Below are positions 36,201 through 49,200 of a DNA stretch of 64,000 nt, piece after piece. Position numbers and translations under genes: made by a program. The stretch is taken from NCBI GenBank assembly GCA_004431415.1, contig QPMI01000519.1, positions 124,001 to 188,000 on the forward strand, written 5' to 3'. This DNA is from Cyanophora paradoxa CCMP329 (Eukaryota > Plantae > Glaucophyta). Numbering within the stretch: the first letter of the stretch is position 1; the number at the start of each line of letters is the position of its first letter. The notes beneath the pieces were generated by a model. That model was not told the origin of the DNA. It made no database searches and was given only the letters and a program-made list of their open reading frames with translations.

Positions 36201-36827
36201 TCCTTCTGCATCCGCCCCCACACCCTGACGGCGTCGTACCCCAGGGGGCGCTGTACCAGACGCTGTTCGCGCTGGCGATGTCCGTGGACCAGGCCGCCCG
36301 CAACAGCGAGAGCGTGCGCCCGCCCCGCCCCTCCCTCCCCCTCGCCCCGCCCCGCCCCACTCCTAGCTCTGCCCGCCGCTGCACCCCGCTCTAGGCAGAT
36401 GGGGGTCGCCCCCGCCCCTACCTCCGCCCCCAGGCCCCCTACGCCCCTGCGCCGCCCAGCTCGGGCGTCTCGCCACAGACGCGCCCCGCCTGCCGCGCCG
36501 CGCCCTCGGTCTGACCGAGCCGCTCCCGCGCCGGGCGCAGCTGGCGGACAGCGCGGAGTACAACGGCGATGTGGCGCGGACGGCGGCGGCGATGGGCCTG
36601 CCCCGCGGCGTCACCCCGCACCTCCTCGGCCTCCTCGGCCGCGCCGTCTGGGACTACCCCAACGTCATGCTCGTCCAGGCCCGCGCGCCGTACCCCGCTG
36701 CGAGTTCCCCCCCCCCCCGAGCCTTTGTTCGCAGGGCGGCCCGCCGCTGGAGACCCTCCCTTACGTCGGCCTCCTCTGCAAGGTCCGTCATCGCATCCGC
36801 GCCGTAGGGCGCCGGGGAGACGAATAG
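33291..36827 (+). CDS. F-box domain protein with uncharacterised C-terminal region, multi-exon
   Basis: ccaccATGG start (MGARASS...). F-box LLELPVEIWEVIMSF|LSFDDFVALAAVSSSFR. A chain of spliceable exons runs to ...VGLLCKVRHRIRAVGRRGDE* at 36827. The start could lie further upstream (open frame from the acceptor at ~33039). Confidence 0.65.
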
Positions 36828-36942
36828 ACTGGAGCGCAGGCGGGGAAAGGGGACCTGGCGGATGTGAGGAACCGCTGCCGCTCGGCGGACTGGGTCCTCC
36901 GCCCCAAGAAGAGCAGCTGGTGAAGGGCGGGTACCGGTAGCG

Positions 36943-37008
36943 CTAGCGCTAGCTTAACGAGGGCCTAGCGCTAGCTTAACGAGGGCCTAGCGCTAGCTTA
37001 GCGAGGGC
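36943..37008. repeat. 22-bp tandem repeat x3
   Basis: ctagcgctagcttaacgagggc x2 followed by ctagcgctagcttagcgagggc. Confidence 0.85.
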
Positions 37009-37290
37009 CGCCACCGCTGTGGCATATACCAGTGCATCTGGCGCTCCGGGATCTGGCCTAAGCATATGGCCAGGCGCGGGCCCGGGCGCGCCGCGGCACC
37101 AGCGCGCGCGCGATCGAGCTCCAGCGCTAGCTCGGCGCAGGCGAGGTGCGACGTCAACTGTACCCCGGTCGACGGCAGAAAAAAAGAACTTCGATCGAAA
37201 CCTCGAGCGGTAGCTCGGCGCATTCAGCGCACGCCAGCGCGCGCCGCGCACCGCCGCGCGGTCGCTAGCCCGGCGCGTCAAGCATCGGCA

Positions 37291-40200
37291 ATGTCGGGGA
37301 CGGTGCGCCCGATGAGCGACTTCGCGCGGGACGCGTACGAACACGCAGCGCGGGATACCGATGACACCTCAAGTGCGCGGCCCGACGAACCTTGGGAGGC
37401 CGTCCCCGCTCGCTCCAGGCCGCCCGCTTCAGCCGCGCATGCCGCAGCAACGGCATTCTCGTCCGGCAGCGAGGTGCCGTCATCAGCTGCAGCCGCGGAA
37501 GCACGTAGCAAGCTTCGTTCCGCTCTCAGCGAAGGCGGGGCAGGTCTGGCTGCTTCGGATGCGCGGCCGGCTGTGCACGCAGGCGCTTCGAACCTATCGG
37601 ACTTCAGAAGCATGAGCAGCGGCGCGCTAATCGATTCAGTCCATCGCATGCTCGACGCCTCCCACGGCACTGCAGCTGGTCGTGGTGCGCTGCTTGATCT
37701 TGCGCACCGAAGGTCTAGGCCCTTAGCTATAGGGCGCGCGCCCGCGCCTAGGATGTGGCTTGAGCTTTAGATCGATATACGCAGTTAGCCTTTTGCCCTC
37801 AGCATCAGAGCTAACGCCCCTTCTCCGCTCGCAACCGAAGGCGGAACAGGAACCCCGCATGGCGCCCCGGGCTCGCGGCCGCGGCCGGATGCATACGACG
37901 CGCCGGCGTCGATGTCCCCTTCGCTGCCCGGAATCGCCAGCCCGGCCAGCTCGAGCTGCTTTGTCGGATCCTCTGCGACCGCGGCACCCAGCACCTTCTC
38001 GTCTGTGGGCGCTGGCGCCGCTGCGTCGACGGCGGCGGCAGCCCCGTTAAGCTTTAGCCTGGCGACTCCGACCTCGGCTCTGCCGCGGGTCCATTCCGCG
38101 GCCGGCGCTGGAAGCAAGCTTCAGTCTCCGCAGCACGAGCCGCCTCCGAGCGCTTCCAGCGCGGTCCCCGCACCCACCGTCGGCGATCGCGAGGCGAACG
38201 TCTTCGCTCTGCTCCGCGAACGCGAGAGCGACGACGAGGACGAGGCCGGGGAGGACGACGACGGCGAAGGCGAAGCTTCCGCTGCCCCCGCCTGTCCGTC
38301 CCCCTTCTTCCCGGCACCCCTCCCTGTTGCTGACGCCCGCTGCCGCATGCAGGCTCCGAACAGGAGCCGTCGAGCAGCCAGGCGAAGGCGAAGAAGAAGA
38401 GGAAAAAGAAGAAGCCGAAGAAGCGGGACGATCCGCAGGACGGGACGGCGCCGGCCGCGCGGCCCGCTGCATCCGCGAAGGCGGCTCTCCCGCTCGGCTT
38501 CCAGTCCTACATCACTGGCGTACAGCTCAAGTCGGGATTCGGCTATCCCCCGCACCACCCGAGCGTCGAGGTGCCGCCTTCCCTCCCCATGCCAGCTTCC
38601 CTGGATGTCCCGCGCTGCCGGCCGCGGCCGCCTGGCGAGATCGACGTTGACATCGTATTCGAACGTGCAGGTGGTGGTGTACAACTACATCATCGGGTCC
38701 AGCTACGAACAGGGCGGCTGGGCAGCATGCTTCATGATGTTCGAGCGGGATGGGCGCCTCTCGCCAGAGGGGCGGGCCGTTCGCCAGCGTTTTCTCGCGT
38801 GGGTCCGGTGCGGCCGAATCCAGCCCGCCGGCGCCTGCTTTCCACCGCGCGCTGTTTTGATTCCTCGTCGTGATCTCCATCAGGCACGAGTATGAGCTGG
38901 TGGAGGCCGTGCTGGAGGGCGACGAGGATGCCGTCCGCTGGTGAGCTCCACCGGAATATCTGCATTTTCACTTGCCTAATTAATCTCCGGCCCTGGGCAA
39001 GGCTGCTGGACCCCTCGAGGCCGCTGCGCTCGTGGCCCGGGTTGAAGGACACGACGACGACGCTGAGCGGGGAGCGGCCGCTGATGTACGAGGCCGTGCG
39101 GGCCGGCTGCAGCGACGGCATGCTGCGGCTCCTCTGCTCCGCGATGCCGGGGCAGTGCGACCACCCCGACCACGCAACCGGCGAGACGGTGCGCGGGAAC
39201 GTTAGCTTGAAAGTTAAGCCCGCCGCCCACGTCAGCGAAGCGATTCATGCCGTACCTCTGCAGGCCCTCCAGCTTGCTTGCAAGATGCGCGACCGCGCAA
39301 AGGCGAGCGGCGCCGGCCTACAACTTCCTAGGCCTGCGGCTGACACAGCTGTGCGCGGTCCTGCAGATCCGGATCATGGTCGAAGAAGGGAAGGGGCATG
39401 TGGACAGCTCGCACAAAGACGGCGACACCGCTCTGCGGCGCGCGGTGGCTGCGGGCGATCTCGATTTCGCCCTCTTCCTCCTCTCCTTGGGCGCCGACCC
39501 CTGCGCCCGCAACCACCGCCTCTTTCAGGGTGCGAAGCTATACAGCTAGGCCGCGTCCAAGCGCTGCGGCCGCGGCCGCTGACGCCTCTGCAGCGGACGA
39601 GAAGAGCGCGAACACGCCGCTGGAGCTCGCAGCGCAGGCATGCGATCTTGTGCTCCTGTGCGCGATGCACGCCGCCCTTCTCAGAGCCAAGTGCGGCTTT
39701 CGTTTTCGCGCGTCGCTTCGCTCGGACTCGCTGACCGGACTCGCAGGCCCCGTTTCGACTGGGCGGGCCTGCACCCGCGCCGCGCCCTGGCCTTCGCGTG
39801 CCGCGCGCACAGGAACGCCGCCTCCGCCGACGCCGTCGCGCTCCTTCTTGGCGCCGGCGTTCCTCCAAACGGTGCTCCGCCCAGCTCGCGTCCTCGAGCT
39901 CGTCGCTCTCGTTGGCCCTCCCCCCGGCCCCGCGCGTGACCGCTCGTCCCGGCTCGGCGCGCGTGCAGCGGCGTCGATGGAAGCGGCGGCGGAGAGCGGG
40001 AGCGTCGAGTTCGTGCGGCTGAGCTGGACGGGCTCGCGCGGGGCCGCCTCCCCGCCGCTCCCGCCGCCGACGCCGTCCGCCTCTCCCCCTCCCCCCGTGC
40101 CCACCCCCGCGGCCGCCCCTCCTGCCCCTGCCGCCCCCTCCCGATCGCCATCGCCCCCCGCCTCCCCGGCCAAGGGCCTCGTGAAAGGCTTCCTCGGCGC

Positions 40201-43200
40201 CAAGCCGAAGCCCCCGGCCGCCCCTCTTGTGCCCGCCGCCCCCTCGCCCCCCGCCTCTCCAGCCAAGGGCCTCGTGAAGGGTTTCCTCGGCGCGAAGCCG
40301 ACGCCCGGGACGTCTGCTGCGGTTCCCGCCTCTTCCAAGAAGCCGGAGCGCGGGCCGCCCCCGCCGGAGGTCGCGAACGCCTGCCTCGAGCGAGCCCTGG
40401 ACAAGGTCCGTCCCCCTCGAGCTCGCGGTCGGTCCATATCTAGAATGCCGCGCGCCGGCAGCTGAACTTTACGCATCGCAGGGCCCCTCGCACGCCGATC
40501 TGGCTCGCTTCCTCGTCGAGTCCTGGGGCGCCCGCCCCACACAGGCCGGCGCCGGCCTCGCGGGGCGCCTGGTGAAGGCGAAGAACGGGGACCTGCTCGC
40601 CTGGCTCGTCGAGCGCGGCCTCGTGGACCTCCCGGGCGAGATCGCCGCGGCAGCGGCCGCGGCGGACCGCGCGGCGCTGGCGGCGCTGCTACCGCACGCG
40701 GCGGCCGCGGCCGGCCCTCGGCTGGTGGCCGTGCCGCTTCAGGCGCTGGCTGAGGCGGGCATGGCCGGCGAGATCGCGCGGCTGGCGGAGCTCGGCGCCG
40801 ACCTGGACGGCGTCGCGCCCGAGCGGCCCTGCACCGCCCTCCTCTGCGCCGCCGAGAAGAAGCAGGCCCGGGCTCCTCTTTATTCGCGTTCTCGCAGCCG
40901 CCGCACTCACCTCCGCCCAGACCGAGACGGCGAAGCGCCTGATCGACCTGGGGGCGTCCGTGGAGGTGGCCCGCCCCGCGGACGGCTTTACGGTGCTCCA
41001 CATAGCGGCCGAGAAGAAGGACCGGGAGCTCCTCAAGCACGTGCTCGCCCTCGGCGCGCGCGCCCGCCCGCTGCTCGCGCGGCGCTCCAAGGCCGGCCGC
41101 ACCCCGCGCGAGGTCTGCCGGGACCGCCAGCTGCAGGCCACGCTCCAGGGTGCGCCGCCCGAGTTTGAACTTCCCGCTCCCGTCGGACTCGCTCAGCGAG
41201 TCTCTCGCAGAGGCCGAGAAGCGAGCAGCGGCTCCCGCAAAGGGCAAGCCCGAGCCGTCACCCAAGCCGAGCGCGAGCCCGTCGAACTCGGCCGTCCTCG
41301 CGAGTCCCGCCCGACGCCCCGCGAGTGGGATCGCCGAGGAGGAGGAGAAGAAGGAGCCGCCGGCCGTGGAGAATCGGGTCGACCCGTCCATGGCCCGCAG
41401 CGCCTTGCAGGCATGCACGCCATCCTCGGATCGCGTCTCGGCCGCTAGCTGACCCTTCGATTCCCTGCAGCACTTGCTCACGAAGATCGAGGACGACGGC
41501 TCTGGCATCGCGCCGCTGCCGCCGATCGCGATCGCCGTGGAGAGCACCCGCGAGCGTGCGCCTCCATGCGCGTGCCCCGCGTCCGCTTGTGCTGACGAGG
41601 AGGCGCGCAGAAGCTTCGCCGGTGCCGGCGAACGCGGAGGAGGACGACGAGGACGAGGGCCTGTGGCTGGAGGGCCTCGACAGGCGCGAGCTCGAGCGAG
41701 CCGCCGCCCCGCCGCCCCCGCGCCGCTGACACCTCGCAGGGAGTCCCTGGACGTGACGGTGGGGCAGCTGCTGGCGGGCATCAGCGAGCAGGCGTGGGAA
41801 ATTGACGTGCGCGCATGCGCGCTTGCATTCGACAGCTCGCTTCTGTTTTGGAGCTCAAGCGCGCGCAGCTGACGAAGGACGTCTACACGACGTGGCGCGC
41901 CGCCGAGGACACCGAGATCAAGGTCGGACCCCTTGGTTTCAGCGTTGCATATTTACTATTAATTGAGCACACGAGCTTCCACTCCAGGAAGCGGCGATGC
42001 GCAAGCTGTACGCGATCGCGAAGGGGTACCGCTCCGCCCGCATGGCGAAGCGCCTGACTATCGAGGTGCCTCGCCCGCCACTTTACTTGCTTCCCTTCGT
42101 CTTCATGATCATGACAACCGCGTCCGGCAGAACTCGAGCATCGAGCTCTACGAGAGCTACCTCCCCGGCGGGTGGCGCATGCTCTGGGAGGAGGCGCGCC
42201 CGATCCGCCCCAGTCGCGCCTCTCCGGGCGCGCGCGCTCTGACGGCCGCGCTGGCCCGCAGACGGTCCTCTTCTCGCAGCGTAGCGGGACGTACCGGGAC
42301 GGCATCCGCCTCTGGGCGATCTGCGGGCACGACGAGGCGCAGGTCCGCATCCGCAGGATCGCGGACGGCTACCGCAAGTCCCGCCCCCTCGTCGCCAAGC
42401 CCCCCGTCTCCAAGCCGCGCCCCGCCGCGCGCGACGCGGACGGCAAGGAGCTGAAGCTGCCCCGCGAGTTCGAAAGCCGCGAGGAGGCTGAGGCCGAGGT
42501 CGGCGGGGCCCGCGGCGGCGTTGCGGGGCTCATCGGCGGCCTCGTCGCCGCCGGCGCCGCCGGCGCAGCCTCCGCCGCCGGGGAGGGCGGGGGCGTCCTG
42601 GTCGAGGGCGGGGCCGGCGCCGCGGCCGGGGCGGGGCGGGAGGCGAACGTGCGCATCCCTGTGCGCCAGAACGACGACTCCATCGCGCTGGAGAAGTTCT
42701 ACACGCTCTCGGCGGCGCTCGCCTACTCCGTGCTGCACGACCGCGGCAACCTCGGCAACTTCTGGTTCTCCATCACGTGCGGGGCTTTAGCTTTTCCGCT
42801 CAAGCTTCCTCAGCTCTCGCTCAAGCTTTAAGGAGATTGCTGCTTGAGTTGCCGTGAGCTTCTCTCGCGCCCTGAATCCTTTCTGTTTCGCAGAGAGACA
42901 GAGCACAAGATCGTTTCGCTCGACGAGCCGATCCTGCTCATTGGCCGCTCGGGCACCGTGCGCCCACCTCGTCGCACGCGCTGCTGCGCACGCGGCTGAA
43001 TCAGCTGCAGGGCAAGACGGCCTGTGCTGTGTTCCGCATGTGGTCCCGTTATCGGAGCTACTGGTGCGTCCTTCCTCCCCCTTGAGATTCTTCCGCATCC
43101 CTCACTCGGGGCTGCCCGTAGGGACGTGAGCCGAGGGGAGGAGCTGCTGGCGTCGGGCCACTTCCGCCAGGTCTTCGTCGCCGCCTCCGCCGGCCTCTGC

Positions 43201-46200
43201 CACGAGGCGAGAGCTCTGTTTCTGCCTCGAATTCCGAGCGGCCGCGTTTCTGTTTCGCGCGCGTTCTCAGGAGGGCGGCAGGTTCGCAAGTGCCTAGAAG
43301 GCCTGGAGAAGGGCCACAAGCTGCAGCGGGCGGTGCTGGAGACCGGGGACGGCGCGGCGGCGGCGGCGGCGGCGGCGGCGGAGGGCGAGCAGGGGCGGCT
43401 CGGGCGCGAGGACGACGAGCTGCCGGACACGCTCTCCCGCGTCCAGGACGACTGCTTCCCGCTCTGCGTTACGTCGAAGAAGTGGCTGCGCCTCCTCGAC
43501 GGCACCCTGGACGTGCGTCTAACAACTTTGAAATTGACGTTCGCACATCTTTATGACGCTCTCCACAGAAGCCGTTCTTTCCTCGGGACGCAGAGGGCAA
43601 TGTCCTGCTGTCAAGGCGCAGCGCAGGAGGCCAGGCGAGCTTTGTTTCGCCCTTCTTGATCTGCGGGTCGTGCGCTGACCTTCGCTTGGCGCAGCGGGGG
43701 GCCTTGCTTGATGACTTGAACGGGACTATCGGCGCCGACATCGACGAAGAAGAGGAGGAGGAGGAAGAATTCGAAGTGCGACGGCTCTCCGATTTTTCGA
43801 GGCTTACATTTATAATTATTATCACTAAAATTTAAATCCGTGCGCAGGGCGAGTGGGATGGGGAGGACGAGGGCGGCGCGGATCCCAACGATGACGACGG
43901 CGAGCAGGATTTCTTCCCGCTCGAGCAGGCATCGGCCCCGCCCTCCGTCCGCTTCGGAAGGCCCGTCAGCTCACGCTCTCGGCGCTCAGGTGACGTACGA
44001 GGCGTTCTGCTCGTCGATGTGGCGGGGCCTGTGCGCCCGCGTCAAGGACAAGGAGGTGCAGGTGCGACTCTTCCGGCTCACGCACGCAAGCTCTACAAGT
44101 GAACGTGACCCGGCTTGTGCAGTCGCTGCACCCGCACATCGTCTACGTCGAGATCCAGTCCCACATCAAGCGCGTGCTCTGCATGACCTGTCAACGCTTC
44201 CCGTGCCGCGCACGCGCTCACTCTGGCCTGCAGGGGCAGCCTGGAGGCGCTCGAGACAGAGGAGGGCCACATCAGCCTGGAGGCGTACTCGAAGATGGGC
44301 GACCGGCGGTCGCGCGTCTCGCCGGAGCAGCGGCTCGTCATCTACCGCCTCTTCCAGAAGTATGAGCGGATGAAGCGCTTCCGGGACATGTACGACACGC
44401 TCGACGTCGTGCACCACATCTACCGCCAGATCAAGCGCGACGGCTACCGCGGGCCCCGTGCGCACCCACCCGTCCCGTCGCTCTTCAAAGCACACCGAGT
44501 GTTCGAATTCGAGCCTCCCGCCGCAGCGATCCACAACGCAACGGTGGACGAGGTGCAGGACTTCACGCAGGCCGAGCTCTGGCTCATGTTCTGCATCTGC
44601 GAGGACCCCAAGGGCCTCTTCTTCTGCGGCGACACCTGCCAGACCATCGCCCGCGGTCCGCTTGATTCGGTGGAGAACTCTTCCCTTACCGCTCGTGCCG
44701 TCTCCTTACAGGGCCGCGCCCGCAGGCGTCGGGTTCCGCTTCTGCGACCTCCGGAGCCTCTTCCACAAGGAGGCCGTCGTGGCGGGGCGCAAGAAGTCGG
44801 CTCACGTGCGCCCGCGCGCTCTCCCCGCATCCTCGCGCGTCTCAGCCGGCGGGCGGGCGGGCGCAGGCGGGGAGGGCCCCCGTGCGGCAGCTGACGCAGA
44901 ACTACCGCTCGCACGCCAAGGTCCTCTCCCTCGCCTCCCTCATGATCGAGGTGCGCTCGAGTTCAGCCCGCCCGCGGCCGCCGGCACGGCCGGTCCCCTC
45001 TTCGAATTCGGGATCGGGGCCTGACGCCGGGGCAGATGCTGGAGGAGCTGTTCGTGTCGGAGATCGACGTGCTGGAGAAGGACACGGGCCTCTTCGACGG
45101 GCCCGACCCCATCCTCGTCGAGGCCTCCGAGCCCGAGCAGCTCTTCGGTGCCCTTTGATTGTTCGGAAGCGTCCATTTCGCTCCGGCCCCCTGACTGCGC
45201 CGCCAGTGCTGCTGCTCGGGCACGAGCGCCACGAGGCGCGCGTCGACTTCGGCGCCGACCAGGGTCCGCCGCGCCTGCCCGCCATCGCCATCGCCCGCCT
45301 CCTTTCCCTTCGGTTCCGAGCGCGGCGCCGCCGCAGCGATCATCGTGCGGACGGAGGCGGCGGCGGAGGCGCTGCCCGAGGAGCTCTCCGGCTCCATCGT
45401 CCTCACCGTCGAGCAGGCGCGCGCTGCTCAAGCGGATACAACGAATAAATTAAAGCAGACGGCGCGCGTCTCACCGCTCCGGCAGGCCAAGGGCCTCGAG
45501 TTCAACGACGTGCTCCTCTACAACTTCTTCAAGGACAGGTCCGCAAACGCTGCGCTCTGCGTGCGCTAGTTCCGGTTAATTATTAACGTCTGCGCAGCTC
45601 CGCCGACGAGAAAGCGTGGAAGGAGGCCTGCCGCGCGCTCCTGAGCGTGGCGGGCGGTGGCGGCCGTGGGGCGGGCGGCCTTGCCAGCGTCGATTTCGAG
45701 CGGATGGAGGGTGGGGGGCAGCGCGCGGCGGCGTCCGCCTTTGACCAGATCAAGTGCGGCCCTTCCGCTTCCCGCAAGCGATCGGCTGTGCATGTGCCTC
45801 AAGCGGGGAGCTTTGCAGGCACAAGATCATCGCGTCGGAGCTGAAGTACCTCTACACGGCTATCACGCGCGCCAAGGTGACTTCGCTTCCGAAGCTGCGC
45901 TGCTTTCTCCAGTTTCCCCCCCGCTCAACGAACATCGTCAGGTAAACGTGTGGATCTACGACGCGGACGAAGCGAAGCGCCGGCCCATGTTCGATCTCAT
46001 GAAGGTTCCGAGAAACGCGCCCGGCGAAGAACGCCGGACGGGCTGATCTTTTTGCAGCGGCGAAAGCTGGTGAAGCCGGCCTCGCCGGCAGACGTGGTGG
46101 CCGGGGGCATGGCATCCCACGCGGCCATGGGCCTTGCCAAGAGCAAGATGTCGTCCAAGAAGGACTGGGTCCGCCCCTCGTAATCTTTCGCGCGCGAGAC

Positions 46201-49200
46201 CTCGAGACCCTCTCTCACGTCGGCGCCAGCTGGAGGCGGGGAAGCGCTTCATGGAGAAGGAGGTGTACGGCGTGGCCGCCATGTGCTTCAAGAAGGCGGG
46301 GGAGGGGGCCATGCAGGCGCGCGCCGCTCGCCCCGCCCTCTCCCCGCGTGCGCTAAGCAGGCGCAGAGCAAGGCACTGGCGCACAAGGCCGCGTCCACCG
46401 CCAAGGCAATCGGTGAGCGATCCGGCCGCCGCGCCTCCCTCTGAACGCTCTCGGCCGATATTGAAGTCCCGACCGGCAGAGGAGCCCGTGAAGAAGCGGC
46501 AGAAGTACCGCGAGGCGGGGGATCTGTTCGGGACCGCTGGCGAGCCCGTCCTCGCCGCCAAAGTGCGCTAAATTCTGCACACGTTTGGTTTCTGCGGTTT
46601 GATCTTTAATTTGCGGCTGCAGTGCTTCTACACCGCTCGCGAGTTCGAGCGTGCAGCCAAGCTCTACGAGGTTCGCGGGTTCTTCTGTGCGACGGCACAT
46701 CTCCTACATACCACGTTCTTTCGCAGACGGCTGGGAAGTTTTACAAAGCAGCCTTCGCCTACGCAATCGCCAAAACTCACCACCGTGCCGCTGAGGTAAC
46801 GTGATTTCGCCATTCCCGCTGTGCCGTTGCGCTTGTCACAGACGACCCGCAATGCAGCTGTACGAGCGGGCGTACGCTGTGGATGGCGTGACAAAAAGCA
46901 TCCGACTCGCGCTGCGCCACTTTGAGCAATCCCGCTCCTACGATGGTGCACCCCGTTTCCCATCTATATCTTGCCGCTTTTGCGTACAGCCGACCTGCTT
47001 CTCGGACAGACTGCCTGCGCTTGCTCCAGGAGCACTCGATCCTCGCCGTCGACGAGGCGCGGCCCGGGGCCAGGGGCGTGCGGTACTACGCGAAGCTCGC
47101 CGCGAACTCCGCGCGGGACCGCGCCGCGCGCGTCCGCTACATGAAGCTCATTGGCAGCCCCGCCGAGGCGCGCTCTCCCATTGCAGCTCTCCTCCTTCTG
47201 TGCGCGCTGAGCGGTCTCCATGTGCAGATGGAGGTGTTCTGCCGCCGACACGGCTATTTCGAGGAGCTTGTCGAGTATTATGACGGTATCGGCGAGCGCG
47301 GTGCGGCTTTGCGCGCACGGCGCCAACGTGGAGAATTCTCACGCCCTCGCAGCCAAGGCGGCGCAGCTGCTGGTCGATTTGGGCGACTACTTCAAGGCTC
47401 GCCTGCAGCTGTATTCTGTACAACGTTTCCTTTTCTAATGTCCCCGGCAGGCTGGCAAGATGCTGGCGGACGGGGGCGAACCCGCGCTCTCTGCCACGGC
47501 CGCACAGTGCGATCTTCAACGTTTGTCATGTTGCCGTCAACGCTGAGCGGCTGACCCCGTGACAGGTACTTCCTGCGGGCAGTAGAGAGCATTCCCGACG
47601 AGGCGGTTTCGGGGCGGCGCGAGGAGGCTCTGCGCGCCCTCGAGAGCGCTGACAAGGCCCTACACGACGCCGCGAACCCGGGCGTTACCGGCCCCGCCGT
47701 GCTCCTGGCAGAGCTCAAGACCCACAACCACGTCGTGTCCGCCGTCGACGTTTCCAAGGTGCCTTTCCATCAAGGCCCCTCTCACACACACACAGGAAAC
47801 TGATTTTGCGCAGGACGGCAAGCTGTTCGCGACGGGCGATGCGCCGTCGCTGAGGGGCGAGGGCGGGCACCGTGTGACGCGGAACACGCCCAACGTCGAG
47901 CAGGAGTTCAGCGACGCGGGGCACATCCGGGTCTGGTCGGGGCCCTCGCCGCACCGCCTCGTGCACACGTGGGAGCGCGCGCACGGCGGCCGCATCGTTT
48001 GCTGCGTCCGCTTCTCGCCCGACGCGTCCAAGCTGGCTTCAGGAGGGTACGACAGTCATGTTCGCGTGTGGAGCGTCGGAATGCGGACGGCCCTGTTCGC
48101 CACGCACTGCGATCCCGGCATCAGCAGGACGCCCATCTACGCGCTTGAGTGGACTTCCGTGCGCCCTCTCATGCCCGCGGGCAGTACCCTGGTTTTCGCG
48201 CTCATGCGCTCGGCCGCCGGCGGCGCAGGATGGCTCCCGCATCGTGGCGGGCGTGATGGACGACATTGCGGTGATTGACGGCGTCCGCGGCGGCGTCAAG
48301 CACGCGGAGAAGGGGCACAATGATTCCATCACTTCCATCTCCATATCCTCTGTGCGGGCCTCGCCCGCCCTCGCGCGATGTCTTTCGACCCTAGGCCTGG
48401 CCTGCACAGGATGGCGATCGGGCAGCAACGGGCAGCGACGACGGCACCGCCATCGTGTGGAGCCTGCGGAGCTACCGGCGCGTCGCTGCCATCGAAGACT
48501 GCCGCGGCCACGTGTCGCTTGTCTCCCTCCTCCCCGTGCGTCGCGCTTGGCGTCGCGCTTTCAATTGCGCTCCGCGTCTGCGTGACCAGTGTTTCAGGAC
48601 AACGCAACACTCCTCACGATGGCCGACCAAGGCGAAATGGTGGAGTGGAGCTCGCGGTCGGGCCGCCAGCTGAGCTCGGCCGAGCTGCTCCACGATGCAG
48701 CCGTCGCTGCAACGGACAAGGCGTGCCTCGCGATCGTTTGTCGTCCGCTCTCTCTTCTCGGCTGACGGAATCGCAGAGAGCGGTCATCCTGGCGGCGTGC
48801 GCCGGCAACGCCCGCGCCATCGAGGTTTACGACAGGCAGCAGCTGAAGCTGCTCCGGCGGCTGGAGGGCCACCAGGACATCATCTCCAGCCTCGCAATGA
48901 CGCCGGTTCGAACTTCGCTTCAATTTGATCTTCCGGCCTCTTGCGCTTCTTTAATTCGCATTGACAGGACGGCAAGCTGTTGATTTCGGGCTCCCACGAC
49001 ACGACTGCCCGTGTCTGGGTGCGGCGGCTGCCTCGCGATCGGCGCGAGTTCGCTGATCGTGAGTGCTTTGCAGGGCACGCCGCTGCCGGCGCCCGACCAG
49101 CAGCGCACCACGGCGTTCGTCGCCGCACGGGTCCAGCTCGCGCGGGCGCTGCTGGACGAGGCCGGCGACACAGCAAAGCGGCACCAGCAGCTCTGCGCGG

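Noticed and set aside
39538-41781. 747-aa minus-strand ORF and similar long Arg/Pro/Gly/Ala ORFs (e.g. 34675-36384, 7588-8955, 62581-63867)
   Set aside because: These are antisense or off-frame shadows of real genes in stop-poor, very GC-rich DNA, with no domain motifs.
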